NCBI GenBank assembly: GCA_938045545.1
Contig: CALIBN010000007.1
Span: forward strand, 1 to 64,000
Source of the DNA: an uncultured archaeon
GTDB taxonomy: Archaea > Thermoproteota > EX4484-205 > JAAOZP01
Direction of reading: 5' to 3'
Length of the DNA: 64,000 bases
The notes beneath the pieces were generated by a model. That model had not been told where the DNA came from. It saw only the letters and a program-made list of their open reading frames with translations, and did no database searches. Shown piece after piece: positions 1-10,043 of the stretch. The position numbers were made by a program, and so were the translations under genes. The first letter of the stretch is position 1; each line of letters starts with the position of its first letter.

Positions 1-670
1 GTTTCTAACGAACTCCTGCCATCTCTTTTCATCACTATTGGGGTGAGCCCGGTCATCTCCAAGTAGAGCCTTTCACTAGCCTCTGCTCTGATTACTGACC
101 TTGGCATTCTTATCCTGTCCAGCTGCAGCCCGTCTACATCATAGTTTGAAACTATTTCCTCGACGATCGACAGCAGCCTATTAACATACTTCTCGCTAGA
201 CGGGTCGACTCAACCGTTTTCGCCGCTTGCTGATGAAACCGCTAACTCGGGGTTTTTCAGATAGAAGTTTGGCTGCGTCTCCCCCTCTGCCAGCGCGTTT
301 ACATACGGGTATATCTGAAGTCCGTATTCCCTCGCTTTTGCGCAACATCCTTCAAAAGATCTCAGCTGTATTTCCCGGATAGTGGAGCATGCTTGGATTC
401 ATAGTAAACGTATCCCAAGGGGTCTTTAACTAGAAAAAAGATGGCGTCAATCCCCGCTTCTTTAAGAGAATTGAAGGCTTCGTCAACCTTTCTCAACCAT
501 TCTGTTCTTTCACTAGGCCAGTAGTCGCTATACATTCCCAACCAGACTCCTACGGTGAAATCCTTTTTTTCAGAAGAGCTTGGAGCGTTTAGCGTATTCC
601 GCATTGCTGAGGCCAACAGTATCGGAAAGAGTATGAGAACACTGTTCCTCAACCCTTACTCGAGAAACAT
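1..670 (-). pseudogene. GHL10 (DUF187/YddW-like) glycoside hydrolase pseudogene, runs off window start
   Basis: Manual translation beyond ORF 362..652 gives ...AGIDAIFFLVKD...APLSGKYS*DLLKDV/AKAREYGLQIYPYVNALAEG...NPELAV...G*VDPSSE...LLSIVEEIVSNYDVDGLQLDRIRMP, a GHL10-type sequence. In-frame TGA at 364-362 and 212-210, at least 2 frameshifts, hydrophobic N-terminus. Confidence 0.8.
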
Positions 671-742
671 GTGGCGACCGCCTTATTTAAAATCTATTTT
701 TAACCGGAAGTCTTAAACACGGTGTGAAAAGCCTTGTTCTAC

Positions 743-1474
743 ATGAGGCACAGCCTCCCCCCTGCTTCTTACGCTCGTCTTGCTGATTCTGGAAACGGTT
801 TTTATTATCAGGCGAGGCTCTGAAGAACCTGGCTCCAGACTATCCTGAATCAGTATGGAAGCCGGCTCTTAAGTCAAATTTTCCGAAGACGATAGGGAGG
901 CTAATGGGTTAAGGATTAGGTGGTTCATTATTCGCGACGTAGAGGGTGAAGCTCAGCCTGCCATAAACTGGTTTAAAGATCTCAGGGCTAAGGCTTCCTC
1001 GCATTACATTGTTGCTTACGATGGCACTGTCTACCAGATGGTTTAGAAGAAGGATATAGCTTGACACGCCGGTAACTGGGCTTACAACGAGCATTCTATC
1101 GGTATTGAGCATGCCGGCTATGCCGATCGAAAGATGTTTACCGAGGAAGAGTATAGGGCTTCAGCCAAGCTGGTAGCCTATCTCATTAAGAAGTACAATG
1201 TTTCACTAAACTGGCCTTAGGGCTGGCTTCCGCAGACCTTAACCGGGGGAGCAGAATAATAGGTCACGACCAGGTTCATGAACCTGGTGATCCTAGTGTC
1301 GGTGGAGGCAAGAGTCATCACTATGACGCTGGCGAGAACTGGGATTGGGTGCACTATATGAAGCTTGTGAAGCAATATTGTGAGGGTCGGCCCAAGGCCA
1401 GTTTAGAAAGTGAAAGCGGTAACGGCAAGCTTCAATACTCTTCTAGAAAATGTTTTCAACTTATGAACAATTAA
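743..1474 (+). pseudogene. N-acetylmuramoyl-L-alanine amidase (Amidase_2/AmpD-like) pseudogene with N-terminal membrane anchor
   Basis: Stitched frames: LLLTLVLLIL...DYPESVWKPALKSNF/SEDDREANGLRIRWFIIRDVEG...AINWFKD...ASSHYIVAYDGTVYQMV*KKDIA*HAGNWAYNEHSIGIEHAG...YRASAKLVAYLIKKY.../IIGHDQV...SHHYDAGENWDWVHYMKLV. Stops at 1044, 1062 and 1218 plus frameshifts. Confidence 0.88.
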
Positions 1475-1505
1475 GGTTTTTAAGCGCTTTCCCAATTCTG
1501 TTTAT

Positions 1506-2696
1506 GTGTCTAAGAGAAGCACAATGCTTGCTCTTCCAGTTATGATAGTGCTTCTGACAGCTGTATCATTACTGCTGTTGAACAGGATGATGACAAGGGA
1601 AGAGCCTCCGAAGCCGGAGGCGAGAGGCGTATTCCTATATATGTACGAGTTTCCCAACAGGTCTGTCGCGAGGAATTTCACCTCCTATGTAAGCAAGATC
1701 AAGGATAGCGGGTTCAACATTGTGCTGCCCTTCGTCATCCACGCGGGGGGCTTGGCTGACTACAGGAGTAAAATAGTACCTGTCGACACGGATTATCTTA
1801 GCAATTTTAAAAGCGACGAGGATCCTTTGAAAATGGTTGTTGAGGAAAGTCACAGGAACGGCCTGAAGGTCTGGGCGTGGGTTGTGGGCTTCAGGACAAG
1901 CAGGTCAGTGCTGCTTCAACATCCTGACTGGGGGATAGTTAACGAGAGTGGTGAGGACCAGCTTTCACACGGTTCCTTCCATCAATGGGGATGGTACTAC
2001 TTGTCGCCGGCAAGCGAGGGCGCCAGGAACTATATAAAGTCCTACATCGTTGAGTTGGTGGAGGAGTATGGTGTTGACGGTATAAACATAGAGGATGATT
2101 TCGGTTTTCCACCGGGCATTGAGGCTGACTTCAGCGAGGACGCGAGAAGGTCTTTCGAATCGTTCCTCGGCAGGAAGGTGCAGAACTGGCCTCGAGACGT
2201 GCTGGTCGGGGGAAGCCTAAGGGGCGAGTGGATTGATTGGAGAGCTAAGATTGTAACGGATTTTTTAAGAGAGATTAGGGATGCTGTGAAACAGATTAAT
2301 CCGGACGTGGTTTTGTCTGTGGATGTTTCTCACGATTCGGATTGGAGCAGGCAGGCTATGGGTGTTGATTGGAGCGAGTGGGTGCGGCAGGGTCTTGTCG
2401 ACGTGGTTTGCCCAATGCTTTACCACAGAGATAACAACATGCCTGTTAAATGGGTTGAAGATACTGTTAGGAGTATAGTTGAGCGGGTTGAGAAGATTAA
2501 TGGCAACGTCCTGGTTATGCCTTGCGTCGGCGGCTCGTTGTCTACAACTGGTAAAATGCCGGGCTGGGAGTGGGTTGAATCAGTTAAGGGGGCGATGAGA
2601 GGGGGAGCATCCGGGGTCCTTGTCTTCGCGGATGTTTGCCTGGATTCTTCAGGAGCATGGGTTGAACTCGCAAACTACTTTCAGCCTTCAGAGTAA
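1506..2696 (+). CDS. GHL10 (DUF187) family glycoside hydrolase, N-terminal membrane anchor
   Basis: EARGVF, GFNIVL, DPLKMVVEESHRNGLKVWAW, LSPAS, YGVDGINIEDD, DWSEWVRQGLVDVVCPMLY; TM helix at about aa 8-26; TATA-like TTTTTAAG at about 1477. Confidence 0.85.
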   Translation: MSKRSTMLALPVMIVLLTAVSLLLLNRMMTREEPPKPEARGVFLYMYEFPNRSVARNFTSYVSKIKDSGFNIVLPFVIHAGGLADYRSKIVPVDTDYLSNFKSDEDPLKMVVEESHRNGLKVWAWVVGFRTSRSVLLQHPDWGIVNESGEDQLSHGSFHQWGWYYLSPASEGARNYIKSYIVELVEEYGVDGINIEDDFGFPPGIEADFSEDARRSFESFLGRKVQNWPRDVLVGGSLRGEWIDWRAKIVTDFLREIRDAVKQINPDVVLSVDVSHDSDWSRQAMGVDWSEWVRQGLVDVVCPMLYHRDNNMPVKWVEDTVRSIVERVEKINGNVLVMPCVGGSLSTTGKMPGWEWVESVKGAMRGGASGVLVFADVCLDSSGAWVELANYFQPSE

Positions 2697-2717
2697 TTCT
2701 CCGGATAAGGCGGGTTG

Positions 2718-4244
2718 CTAGTAAATCCCGTATCCTTTCGAAATTAACGCGTACAGTGCTTCGTACTTTTCATAAAGCTTCAAGTAGGCTGAGTGATTCT
2801 CAGCTTTAGGCACGTATACTTTCCTTGTTCTCACAGTTGATTCAACAGCCTTCTGCACGCTCGTATACTGGCCTGTGCCGATTCCCGCCAGCATGGCTGC
2901 CCCCATGGCGGCTGCATCCTCAACCTCCGGAATTCTTATTCTCCTACCCATTACGTCTGCCTTAAGCTGGTTCCAGAAATCGCTCTTCGTCTCGCCTCCA
3001 ACCATGCTCACTTCGGCTATCTCGACGCCAAGGTCCTTCAGGAGTTCAAGCATCACTAGATAGTGGAAGGCCACTCCTTCTAATATGGCCCTTACGAAGT
3101 GTCCCTTCGAATGGGATAGGCTGATGCCGAAGAAAACGGCGCGCGCCTTACCGTTCGTTCTAGGTGGAAAAGCACCGGCTAGATAAGGATAGAAAAAGAG
3201 GCCGTCTGCGCCTAGGCTTATTTCAGAAGCGGCTTGGGTCATTAAATCATAGGGGTCCCTGCCGGTTCTCCTGGCCTCATCGATTTCCTTTTCCCCAAAG
3301 ACATCCCTGAACCAGCGTAGAGATGCACCCGTTGTCAAGATGGATGCTTCGTACTCCCATGCATCCGGAATCACATGACAACAACAGCTGATCCTTCCCT
3401 TTAAATCAGGGTTAGGTTTATTCAGCGGGGCTTCGAAAGTGGATCCCGTCCCCGTTCCTATGTTGACTTCTCCCTCCTTGATCACTCCCGCTCCCAGACA
3501 CTCACATGGCCTGTCGCCTCCCCCGTTTACAACGGGCAAGTCTCTAGGTAGAGATGTTTCAGCCGAGGCTTGGGAGGAGACTTCTCCGACGACGATGCTG
3601 GATTCCTTAGGTGTTGGGAGCTTGTCTACAGGTATGCCAAGGGTTGAGCATATCTCAGTGGACCACTTTTTCCTCCTTATGTCGAACAACATCGTCCTCG
3701 AGGCGAGTGAGTAATCGGTCACCTCCTCCCCGGTCAGCTTGTAAATGATGAAATCCTTCGCGAAAAGGAAGACTTTAGTCTTAGAAAATATTTTCGGAAA
3801 GTTCTCCTTAAGCCAGAGGATTTTCGACGCCGAGAAGAGGGGGTTTATTCCAACGCCCGTTGTGCGGAGGACCGTGTCCTCATCCAGCAGGCTCCTTATC
3901 CTCTCAGTCTGCTCCTCCGTCCTCCTGTCAAGCCATATTATGCTATTATAGAGTACTTCCCCGTTGGCTCCGACCGGCACCACAGCCTCCCGCTGAGAGT
4001 CTACGGCTAATCCAACTATCTGGCTGCCCTCTATCCCTCCTTTCGCGAGGCTCTTCCTTATGGTCTCGACGACTGCTCTCCACCATTCGAGTGGGTTCTG
4101 CTCCGCCCACCTTGGCTGGGGCTGAATAACCGGGTATTCCCTGTAGGCTGACGCAACCTTCCTTCCGTCTAAAGTGAAGACGACCGTCTTACAGGCTGAG
4201 GTCCCAAGGTCGACGCCAAGGATGAATGGAGCTCCAGTGCTCAC
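2718..4244 (-). CDS. FGGY-family carbohydrate kinase (xylulokinase-like)
   Basis: GVDLGTSACK, AEQNP, IWLDRR, SKILWL, TDYSLASRT, GGGD, RAILEGVA, GG..S..WNQLKADV. Confidence 0.9.
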   Translation of the reverse strand: MSTGAPFILGVDLGTSACKTVVFTLDGRKVASAYREYPVIQPQPRWAEQNPLEWWRAVVETIRKSLAKGGIEGSQIVGLAVDSQREAVVPVGANGEVLYNSIIWLDRRTEEQTERIRSLLDEDTVLRTTGVGINPLFSASKILWLKENFPKIFSKTKVFLFAKDFIIYKLTGEEVTDYSLASRTMLFDIRRKKWSTEICSTLGIPVDKLPTPKESSIVVGEVSSQASAETSLPRDLPVVNGGGDRPCECLGAGVIKEGEVNIGTGTGSTFEAPLNKPNPDLKGRISCCCHVIPDAWEYEASILTTGASLRWFRDVFGEKEIDEARRTGRDPYDLMTQAASEISLGADGLFFYPYLAGAFPPRTNGKARAVFFGISLSHSKGHFVRAILEGVAFHYLVMLELLKDLGVEIAEVSMVGGETKSDFWNQLKADVMGRRIRIPEVEDAAAMGAAMLAGIGTGQYTSVQKAVESTVRTRKVYVPKAENHSAYLKLYEKYEALYALISKGYGIY

Positions 4245-4397
4245 ATGAGTCTACTATCCTGCTCAAATTTATGTCTTAATTCCTTGAGCCCCACAGATTG
4301 GCTGTGGAAGCCCGCGAAGCTGGTTAAGGGGCACCTAGCACACGCTTTTTTTTAAACGGCTTCGAAAAGGCTGTTTTCATCCTCAGGCGGCCTATGC

Positions 4398-7300
4398 TTA
4401 ACTCGTGCCCATTATCCGCTTCTTTTCCTTAACCCAGAGCATCAGAATCCAGTGGACGTAGTCCACCGTCCTGTCTATCATGTTCTCCGGGATACTTGGG
4501 GCGGTTGGCTCAGTGACAAGTATAACCCTGTAATAGTCTTCGCCGGGAGTCTTGGTTAAGACTAGGCTGTTCCTGGTCCCATTCTTGCTCTCCACCGGCC
4601 CAAAATAATAATTGAACTTTATTGTTTTCGTTATAACGCCCTTAGAATCCATCGTTTCCGGAATATCCTCAACGTTTTCAATCCTCTCCCTATAGCCTGT
4701 TCTCAACTGGTTTAAGTGGTCGATGAGGAAACCCGTGAAGAAATCCTTTTCGTTAGCAAGTATTTTCACAGGCATGCTGACGCTTCTAGCTTGGTAAACC
4801 TTGAATATTTTCTCCTTCCGCTCCCTCCGCTGCTCCTCGGTTCTTCTAACCCTCTTAACCATGGAGGGAGTGTACGTTTGGATAGCTAGGGCCGCGGGCC
4901 TTGCGGCCGAGAATACTGAGACGGCTATTGCGAAGACGAATCCAAGTGCGCTCCACCACCATTCCAGTTTTTCCCTAACCATGAGGTTTTCTAAAAGGTT
5001 CTGCCCTATGAAAACCATGGTTCTGTAGAAGCCCAGTCCGGTTAAGTATCCGATGCTTCCACCAACCATTCCCATTATGATTGCTTCAGCTACGAACATT
5101 AACCCTATGTGCGTAGGGTTTAACCCCAGCGTTGAAAGAATCTTTATTTCTCTCTCACGCTCATAAACACTGTTAACCATAACCATGCCTATGCTTAAGA
5201 CGACCATCACCAGTGGGATCAGAAGCTCCGCAGCCCCTCCGAACTCTATGTATGAACCAATATAGTAGTAGCTTACAATGCCTTTAGACGATGCGTAAAC
5301 ATCGTAGTTGAAGAAGAAAATTATGCTTCTAACAACGGCTCCCACGTCTTCCGAATCCCCCAGCCTGAAAAGGATCTCGGAGGGGACGACGAGCTGTGGA
5401 GCATTTGCACCGTAAAGCCTGTTAATCTTCTCCTGAATCCTCTTCGCGGTCTCAATATTAATAACTATTATCTCGGAACCATTGCATCTTCTTACTGAAC
5501 CGTCTTGAAGCAGGCGTGCAGGGCCAAGAGGGCTGCCGTCAACATCCGTGAGACCCTCGTATTCTTCGTCTGTAATGAAACCCTTGACCACAATTGTTTC
5601 TGTTATCGTTGTACCTGGTATTTCTAACGTAATGTTGCTTCCTATCTTCAAGCCTAGTCTGCTTAACGTTCCAAACCCTAAGAGTGCTTCGCCATACGCT
5701 TTGTCGCTTAAATAACTGCCCTCAACCACTTCGTCGAGCAAAGTGTAGATGGATTCGTTTCCAGGTGATATGGCGAGCACACCGTAAATCGGATGGCTGC
5801 TGCGGGTGGCGGGGTTTACGAGTCTGGCAACAGGGTCATATCGTGGAACGTTTTTCATCCTTGGCGCGACGTTAATTGCAGGGACTATCTTTAAAAGGAC
5901 TTCTGCATCCCCTGGCCCCAAGGGGGAGAAGATTAGGGATGAGCCGTTGACCGTTCGTTTTATGAGTAATCCTTCTGAAGAAGGGGTTCTGTCTATTCTT
6001 CTAGAGATTATTCCGAAGGCTGTTCCGAAAGTGGTGAGTGCTGTGAATGCTAAAATAAGCATGCATATTGAAAATATTGTGAAAAAGCCACGTATCTTCT
6101 TGCGTTTTATCTGACGTTTGCTCATTGAGAATATCACTGAGATCGCGCTTCTCCATTGAACCTCCCCTTCAATATTTCTTTCCTTCCAGACGCGTGGAAT
6201 TCCGAAGACGATAATCGAAGTTATAATGAAGGAAACAGCAGCCGTCAACGAGAAAAGTGGAAGGTTTTCATTGATTACCACGTGAGTACCTGGGTTTATG
6301 AAATACATTATTCCCAATAATGCTACGTAGATGATGGGTAATGAAAGAACCTTTTTCTTGGGTTTTTCAAAGAAGAAGAATGCGAGCACAGTGCTGAATA
6401 CTACGATAACTGCTGAAAGATAAATCGCGTTAGTCTTTCCAACCAAATACTTATTTTCTATCGTCATAGCTACAAAATTTATTTCTCCAAGTATTTCGCG
6501 AAGCGTGAACCATGTTTTTTCAAAGTCTTCTTCTGTTTGCGCGTTTGACAGCAGGACGTTGGCCTCTATCAACTTCTGGTTCACATACTGCAATATACGC
6601 CTTTCTTCGAAGACTGTGAACCCGATTTCCTGGGCCTCGTCAACTATCGAGGAAACTCCTACGAGTGCTGATTTCACATACTCCAAACCCCTCCTAAGGC
6701 TGTACTCTGAAATTTTAACAGACGCGTAACCTCCCTGGGGAATTACGAAGGGTCGAGTCCCATTCATAATGTAGAAAACCTCTGATACTCGCTCACGCTC
6801 TCTTAGTACGAGCGAAATGCTAACCTCAAGGTCGAAAAGAGTCTCAGACGGAACTGGGATCATTTTCCGGTCTAGTCCCAGATAGAAAACGTCTATTGCA
6901 TCACCGTACTCTGTGATTAACGAGAAGTTAAAATCCTTCTGTTTCACTATGACCCTGATTATCATGTTGCCCTCCTGAAGGCTTGATGCTTGAACGATAT
7001 ATGGGATGCTTTCTAATTCAACTAGTGCACCGGGGACAAGTGAGAGGTTCACATTAATCCTCCCGGTTTCTCCGACGCGAACCTCTTTCTTGACAGGTGC
7101 AAAATCCATCCTCTTTTCTTTAAGGTTTCCCTTATAGGCGTAAACCCAGTAGATTCTACCGGGTTTTAACACTTCCTCAGGAACATTATACTCTCCATTT
7201 GCATCAGTAAAGTAAATTCCATGCCCCACCTCAGGCTTTCTGGGTTCCCTTAAGTCTAGAATTATTAAAGTAGCGTTCGGAATCGCTTCACCAGTTAAAG

Positions 7301-7493
7301 CATTAAAAACTTTTATATGCATTGAGACCACAGGGAAGGCTGCGGCATCGACCAGCGAGCCTTTTAGAAAGGAGGTCTGGCCCGCATTTAGAGTATGCTG
7401 CTTCGTAAGACTGGTTTCAAGAGGCGGCGTTAGGAAAGCTAGTGCCAATAGTATTATAACTAAAATCTTTTTACAGTTTCCCCGATGTCTCAT
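4398..7493 (-). CDS. Large FtsX/MacB-like permease with N-terminal carboxypeptidase-regulatory-like (Ig) domain
   Basis: Signal peptide; VFNALTGEAIPNATL...TDANGEY; several TM helices; FtsX signature SVYEREREIKILSTLGLNP...FVAEA...GG..GY; C-terminal TPS motif. Confidence 0.78.
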   Translation of the reverse strand: MRHRGNCKKILVIILLALAFLTPPLETSLTKQHTLNAGQTSFLKGSLVDAAAFPVVSMHIKVFNALTGEAIPNATLIILDLREPRKPEVGHGIYFTDANGEYNVPEEVLKPGRIYWVYAYKGNLKEKRMDFAPVKKEVRVGETGRINVNLSLVPGALVELESIPYIVQASSLQEGNMIIRVIVKQKDFNFSLITEYGDAIDVFYLGLDRKMIPVPSETLFDLEVSISLVLRERERVSEVFYIMNGTRPFVIPQGGYASVKISEYSLRRGLEYVKSALVGVSSIVDEAQEIGFTVFEERRILQYVNQKLIEANVLLSNAQTEEDFEKTWFTLREILGEINFVAMTIENKYLVGKTNAIYLSAVIVVFSTVLAFFFFEKPKKKVLSLPIIYVALLGIMYFINPGTHVVINENLPLFSLTAAVSFIITSIIVFGIPRVWKERNIEGEVQWRSAISVIFSMSKRQIKRKKIRGFFTIFSICMLILAFTALTTFGTAFGIISRRIDRTPSSEGLLIKRTVNGSSLIFSPLGPGDAEVLLKIVPAINVAPRMKNVPRYDPVARLVNPATRSSHPIYGVLAISPGNESIYTLLDEVVEGSYLSDKAYGEALLGFGTLSRLGLKIGSNITLEIPGTTITETIVVKGFITDEEYEGLTDVDGSPLGPARLLQDGSVRRCNGSEIIVINIETAKRIQEKINRLYGANAPQLVVPSEILFRLGDSEDVGAVVRSIIFFFNYDVYASSKGIVSYYYIGSYIEFGGAAELLIPLVMVVLSIGMVMVNSVYEREREIKILSTLGLNPTHIGLMFVAEAIIMGMVGGSIGYLTGLGFYRTMVFIGQNLLENLMVREKLEWWWSALGFVFAIAVSVFSAARPAALAIQTYTPSMVKRVRRTEEQRRERKEKIFKVYQARSVSMPVKILANEKDFFTGFLIDHLNQLRTGYRERIENVEDIPETMDSKGVITKTIKFNYYFGPVESKNGTRNSLVLTKTPGEDYYRVILVTEPTAPSIPENMIDRTVDYVHWILMLWVKEKKRIMGTS

Positions 7494-7926
7494 GCTGCTG
7501 AGAGTTGGAGGGAAAACCTTGTTATAAATGTTGTTGAAAAACTCCAGTGTCTATTTTGCCTGTCGAAGGAACGCGTATCAGACAACTCTAAGAACAGGTA
7601 AAAAAGCCATTTAGGACTTGTTTAGCGAGCACTTTACTTAAAATACTATGTTCTCCTGCAACACCAAGAAATACTGTCCAAGCGGCTTTTCACCCAAATA
7701 GGCTTGAATCGTTCAAGGCTGTTATGACTGTTATCCTGAAAACCCATTTGGGCTGAAATGATTAGTTTCCCAAGCCCCTGTTAAATACCTCCGAGGTTTC
7801 GATAAGTGTTGAAGCGTTGGAATTCGTGCAGCCTTCTAACGTTTTTTTTAAAAAAACGTAAGCCTCAGGAATGTTTCCAGAGGCACTTCGGGTTAAGTTT
7901 TTAAAGCGTGTTTGAAGATTTTTAAC

Positions 7927-8679
7927 ATGAGGTTTAATTGGCCGAATGGCTTTAAAGGAGCTGTTTCACTGACTTTCGACGATGGTTTGCCTTCGCAATT
8001 GAATCTAGGTGTGCCTTTGCTGGAGGAATACGGCTTTAAGGCCACGTTCTATGTGAATCCGAGAGACAACTATGAGAATGTTTTAAAAAAATGGAGAGAG
8101 GTTGCTGAGCGTGGCCATGAAATAGGTAATCACAGTGTTACACATCCCTGTTCCTGCAACTTTTCAGGAGACCCTTGTTGCAGAGGGCTGGAGAACATGA
8201 CCCTGGAGGATATTCGCCTGGACATATTTGAGGCTCACGAAAGAATTAGACGGTTCATACCTGATGGTAGCCGGACATTCGCATACCCATGTTACCAAAC
8301 CAGTGTCGGCAGAGGCTTGAATAAGAAGAGCTACGTACCGATCGTGGCTGAGATCTTTCAGGCTGCTAGGGCTTCCGGCGAAAAGGGCTATCCTAATTCA
8401 CCGCTTGCCTGCGACCTGCACGAGCTATGGTCATGGTCTGCTGACCGGATGAGATGCGAAGAGATGATAGGCTTAACAGTTAAAACTGTTTACGAGGGCA
8501 GGTGGGCCATATTCACTTTCCACGGTATTAACGAGGGGCACCTGCCTGTTTCAAGTGAAGATCTATCAGGCTTTTTAAGATTCCTGCATACGCATCGCGA
8601 CGAAATATGGGTTGCTCCTGTGGTAGAGGTTGCTGAGCATATAGCGGGTGAAAGAAAAAGGCTGGGCCTAGTTTTCTGA
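7927..8679 (+). CDS. Polysaccharide deacetylase (CE4/NodB-like)
   Basis: SLTFDDG, KATFYV, GHEIGNHSVTHP, FAYP, FTFHG. Start moved from 7912 to ATG 7927 based on TATA at about 7898. Confidence 0.88.
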   Translation: MRFNWPNGFKGAVSLTFDDGLPSQLNLGVPLLEEYGFKATFYVNPRDNYENVLKKWREVAERGHEIGNHSVTHPCSCNFSGDPCCRGLENMTLEDIRLDIFEAHERIRRFIPDGSRTFAYPCYQTSVGRGLNKKSYVPIVAEIFQAARASGEKGYPNSPLACDLHELWSWSADRMRCEEMIGLTVKTVYEGRWAIFTFHGINEGHLPVSSEDLSGFLRFLHTHRDEIWVAPVVEVAEHIAGERKRLGLVF

Positions 8680-8693
8680 AGAAGTTATCTTCT

Positions 8694-9911
8694 CTACTTC
8701 CAGAAGGATGGTGGGGCTACCGCAGGCTCCCCTTCTATTTCTAAGACGACCACGGTGTCTATCGGGTCTGGTGCGCGTGACGGTAGTCCACGTATGAACA
8801 GTCGGTCTTCCTTCTGCTCAAACCCGAGCTTTCTTCCGCTTGCCAGCATGTACGCCTTCAAAACCCTGTTCTTAATTCCGGCTACGCACATTTCTCTTCC
8901 AGGCCAGAACATGACGTGCACGTACACCTTGCTACCTTTCATAGTCACCTGGCCCAGATGAGGCTGGGGGAAGGGCGCAGCCCCAGCGCCATATATGGAC
9001 TCGCCGTTTCGCCGCAGCCATCTTCCAACAGCCCTCATTCTAGCCGCCTGCTCCAGCGGAATAGTGCCGTCTGCCTTCGGCCCAACGTTCAGCAGAAAAT
9101 TCCCGTTTCCCGAGACGCATTTAACCAGGTTCCTCACAAGCTGCATAGGCGATTTTAGATTCGGGTCACCAGGATGATAACCCCACCAGAGGTCATCTAT
9201 GGTCATGCATGCTTCCCAAGGCCTGTCGGAGCCTTCTATTCGTTGTTCAGGAGTGTCGAAATCCCCCGGTAATCCAGACCTGTTGTTTATTATGATTTCC
9301 GGTTGGAGGCTGCGAACCATCGCGTTAAGCTGTTCGGATCCCCATGCATCCGGACCGTGAGGCCACCCGCCGTCATACCAAAGTATGTCTATTTTTCCAT
9401 AATTAGTCATAAGCTCTCTCACCTGGGTGTGAACATAGTTCCGAAACTCTTTCCAGCCGTCTGGATTCTTTTCAGGCCCATCCCAATACGCTGGCCAACG
9501 CCAGTCCAGCAAGGAATAGTAGAAGCCGATGCGCATACCTGCTTTCCGGCAGGCCTCAACATACTCTGCGACGAAATCCCTTCTCGCAGCCGTCTTGACA
9601 GAAGTGAAGTCGGAGACACTGCTGTCCCACAGGCAGAAACCATCGTGATGCCTCGTGGTTAAAACCATGTACTTGGCTCCAGCCTGTTTAGCGAGCGCAA
9701 CCCATTTGTCCGCGTCAAACCTTTTAGGGTTAAACTTTTGAGCTAGACGAGCGTACTCGTCCTTAGGTATTCGCTCACAATACATTACCCATTCTCCACG
9801 AGCTGGAATAGCGTAGAGCCCCCAGTGGATGAACATGCCGAACCTTGCTTCAAGCCACCATGACATTCGCTTTTCAACCGTCTTCTTCTCCTCCTGAATC
9901 GAACCAGACAT
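8694..9911 (-). CDS. Alpha-L-fucosidase (GH29), no signal peptide
   Basis: RFGMFIHWG, GAKYMVLTTRHHDGF, FYYSLLDW, LWYDG, INNR, WEAC, NFLLNVGP. Confidence 0.93.
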   Translation of the reverse strand: MSGSIQEEKKTVEKRMSWWLEARFGMFIHWGLYAIPARGEWVMYCERIPKDEYARLAQKFNPKRFDADKWVALAKQAGAKYMVLTTRHHDGFCLWDSSVSDFTSVKTAARRDFVAEYVEACRKAGMRIGFYYSLLDWRWPAYWDGPEKNPDGWKEFRNYVHTQVRELMTNYGKIDILWYDGGWPHGPDAWGSEQLNAMVRSLQPEIIINNRSGLPGDFDTPEQRIEGSDRPWEACMTIDDLWWGYHPGDPNLKSPMQLVRNLVKCVSGNGNFLLNVGPKADGTIPLEQAARMRAVGRWLRRNGESIYGAGAAPFPQPHLGQVTMKGSKVYVHVMFWPGREMCVAGIKNRVLKAYMLASGRKLGFEQKEDRLFIRGLPSRAPDPIDTVVVLEIEGEPAVAPPSFWK

Positions 9912-10043
9912 TTTAAAAACCGTTACTTAATGCTATAATTTAAGCCTTTTGCCAGCCCTTTGTTTCTAGCCAAAAACCGTATTTTCCATGATCTTAAATC
10001 TGAAGGAAAAATATATAGCTTTTTATTAAGTAGGAGAACTGAA

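Noticed and set aside
210-1064. Three TGA codons at expected Trp positions (212, 364, 1062), suggesting TGA=Trp recoding
   Set aside because: The same genes also carry frameshifts and TAG/TAA stops; intact genes use TGG for Trp and TGA as stop. TGG>TGA is a common transition in pseudogenes.
909-1112. 67-aa minus-strand ORF
   Set aside because: Antisense shadow of the amidase pseudogene.
1044-1220. In-frame TAG codons as possible pyrrolysine
   Set aside because: They lie in a frameshifted amidase pseudogene; no pyl genes are seen and mtaB/mtaC have no in-frame TAG.
7494-7926. Long intergenic region with near-palindrome ACG-T8-A7-CGT (7839-7859)
   Set aside because: No recognisable RNA structure or ORF; the homopolymer palindrome may be a terminator or chance.
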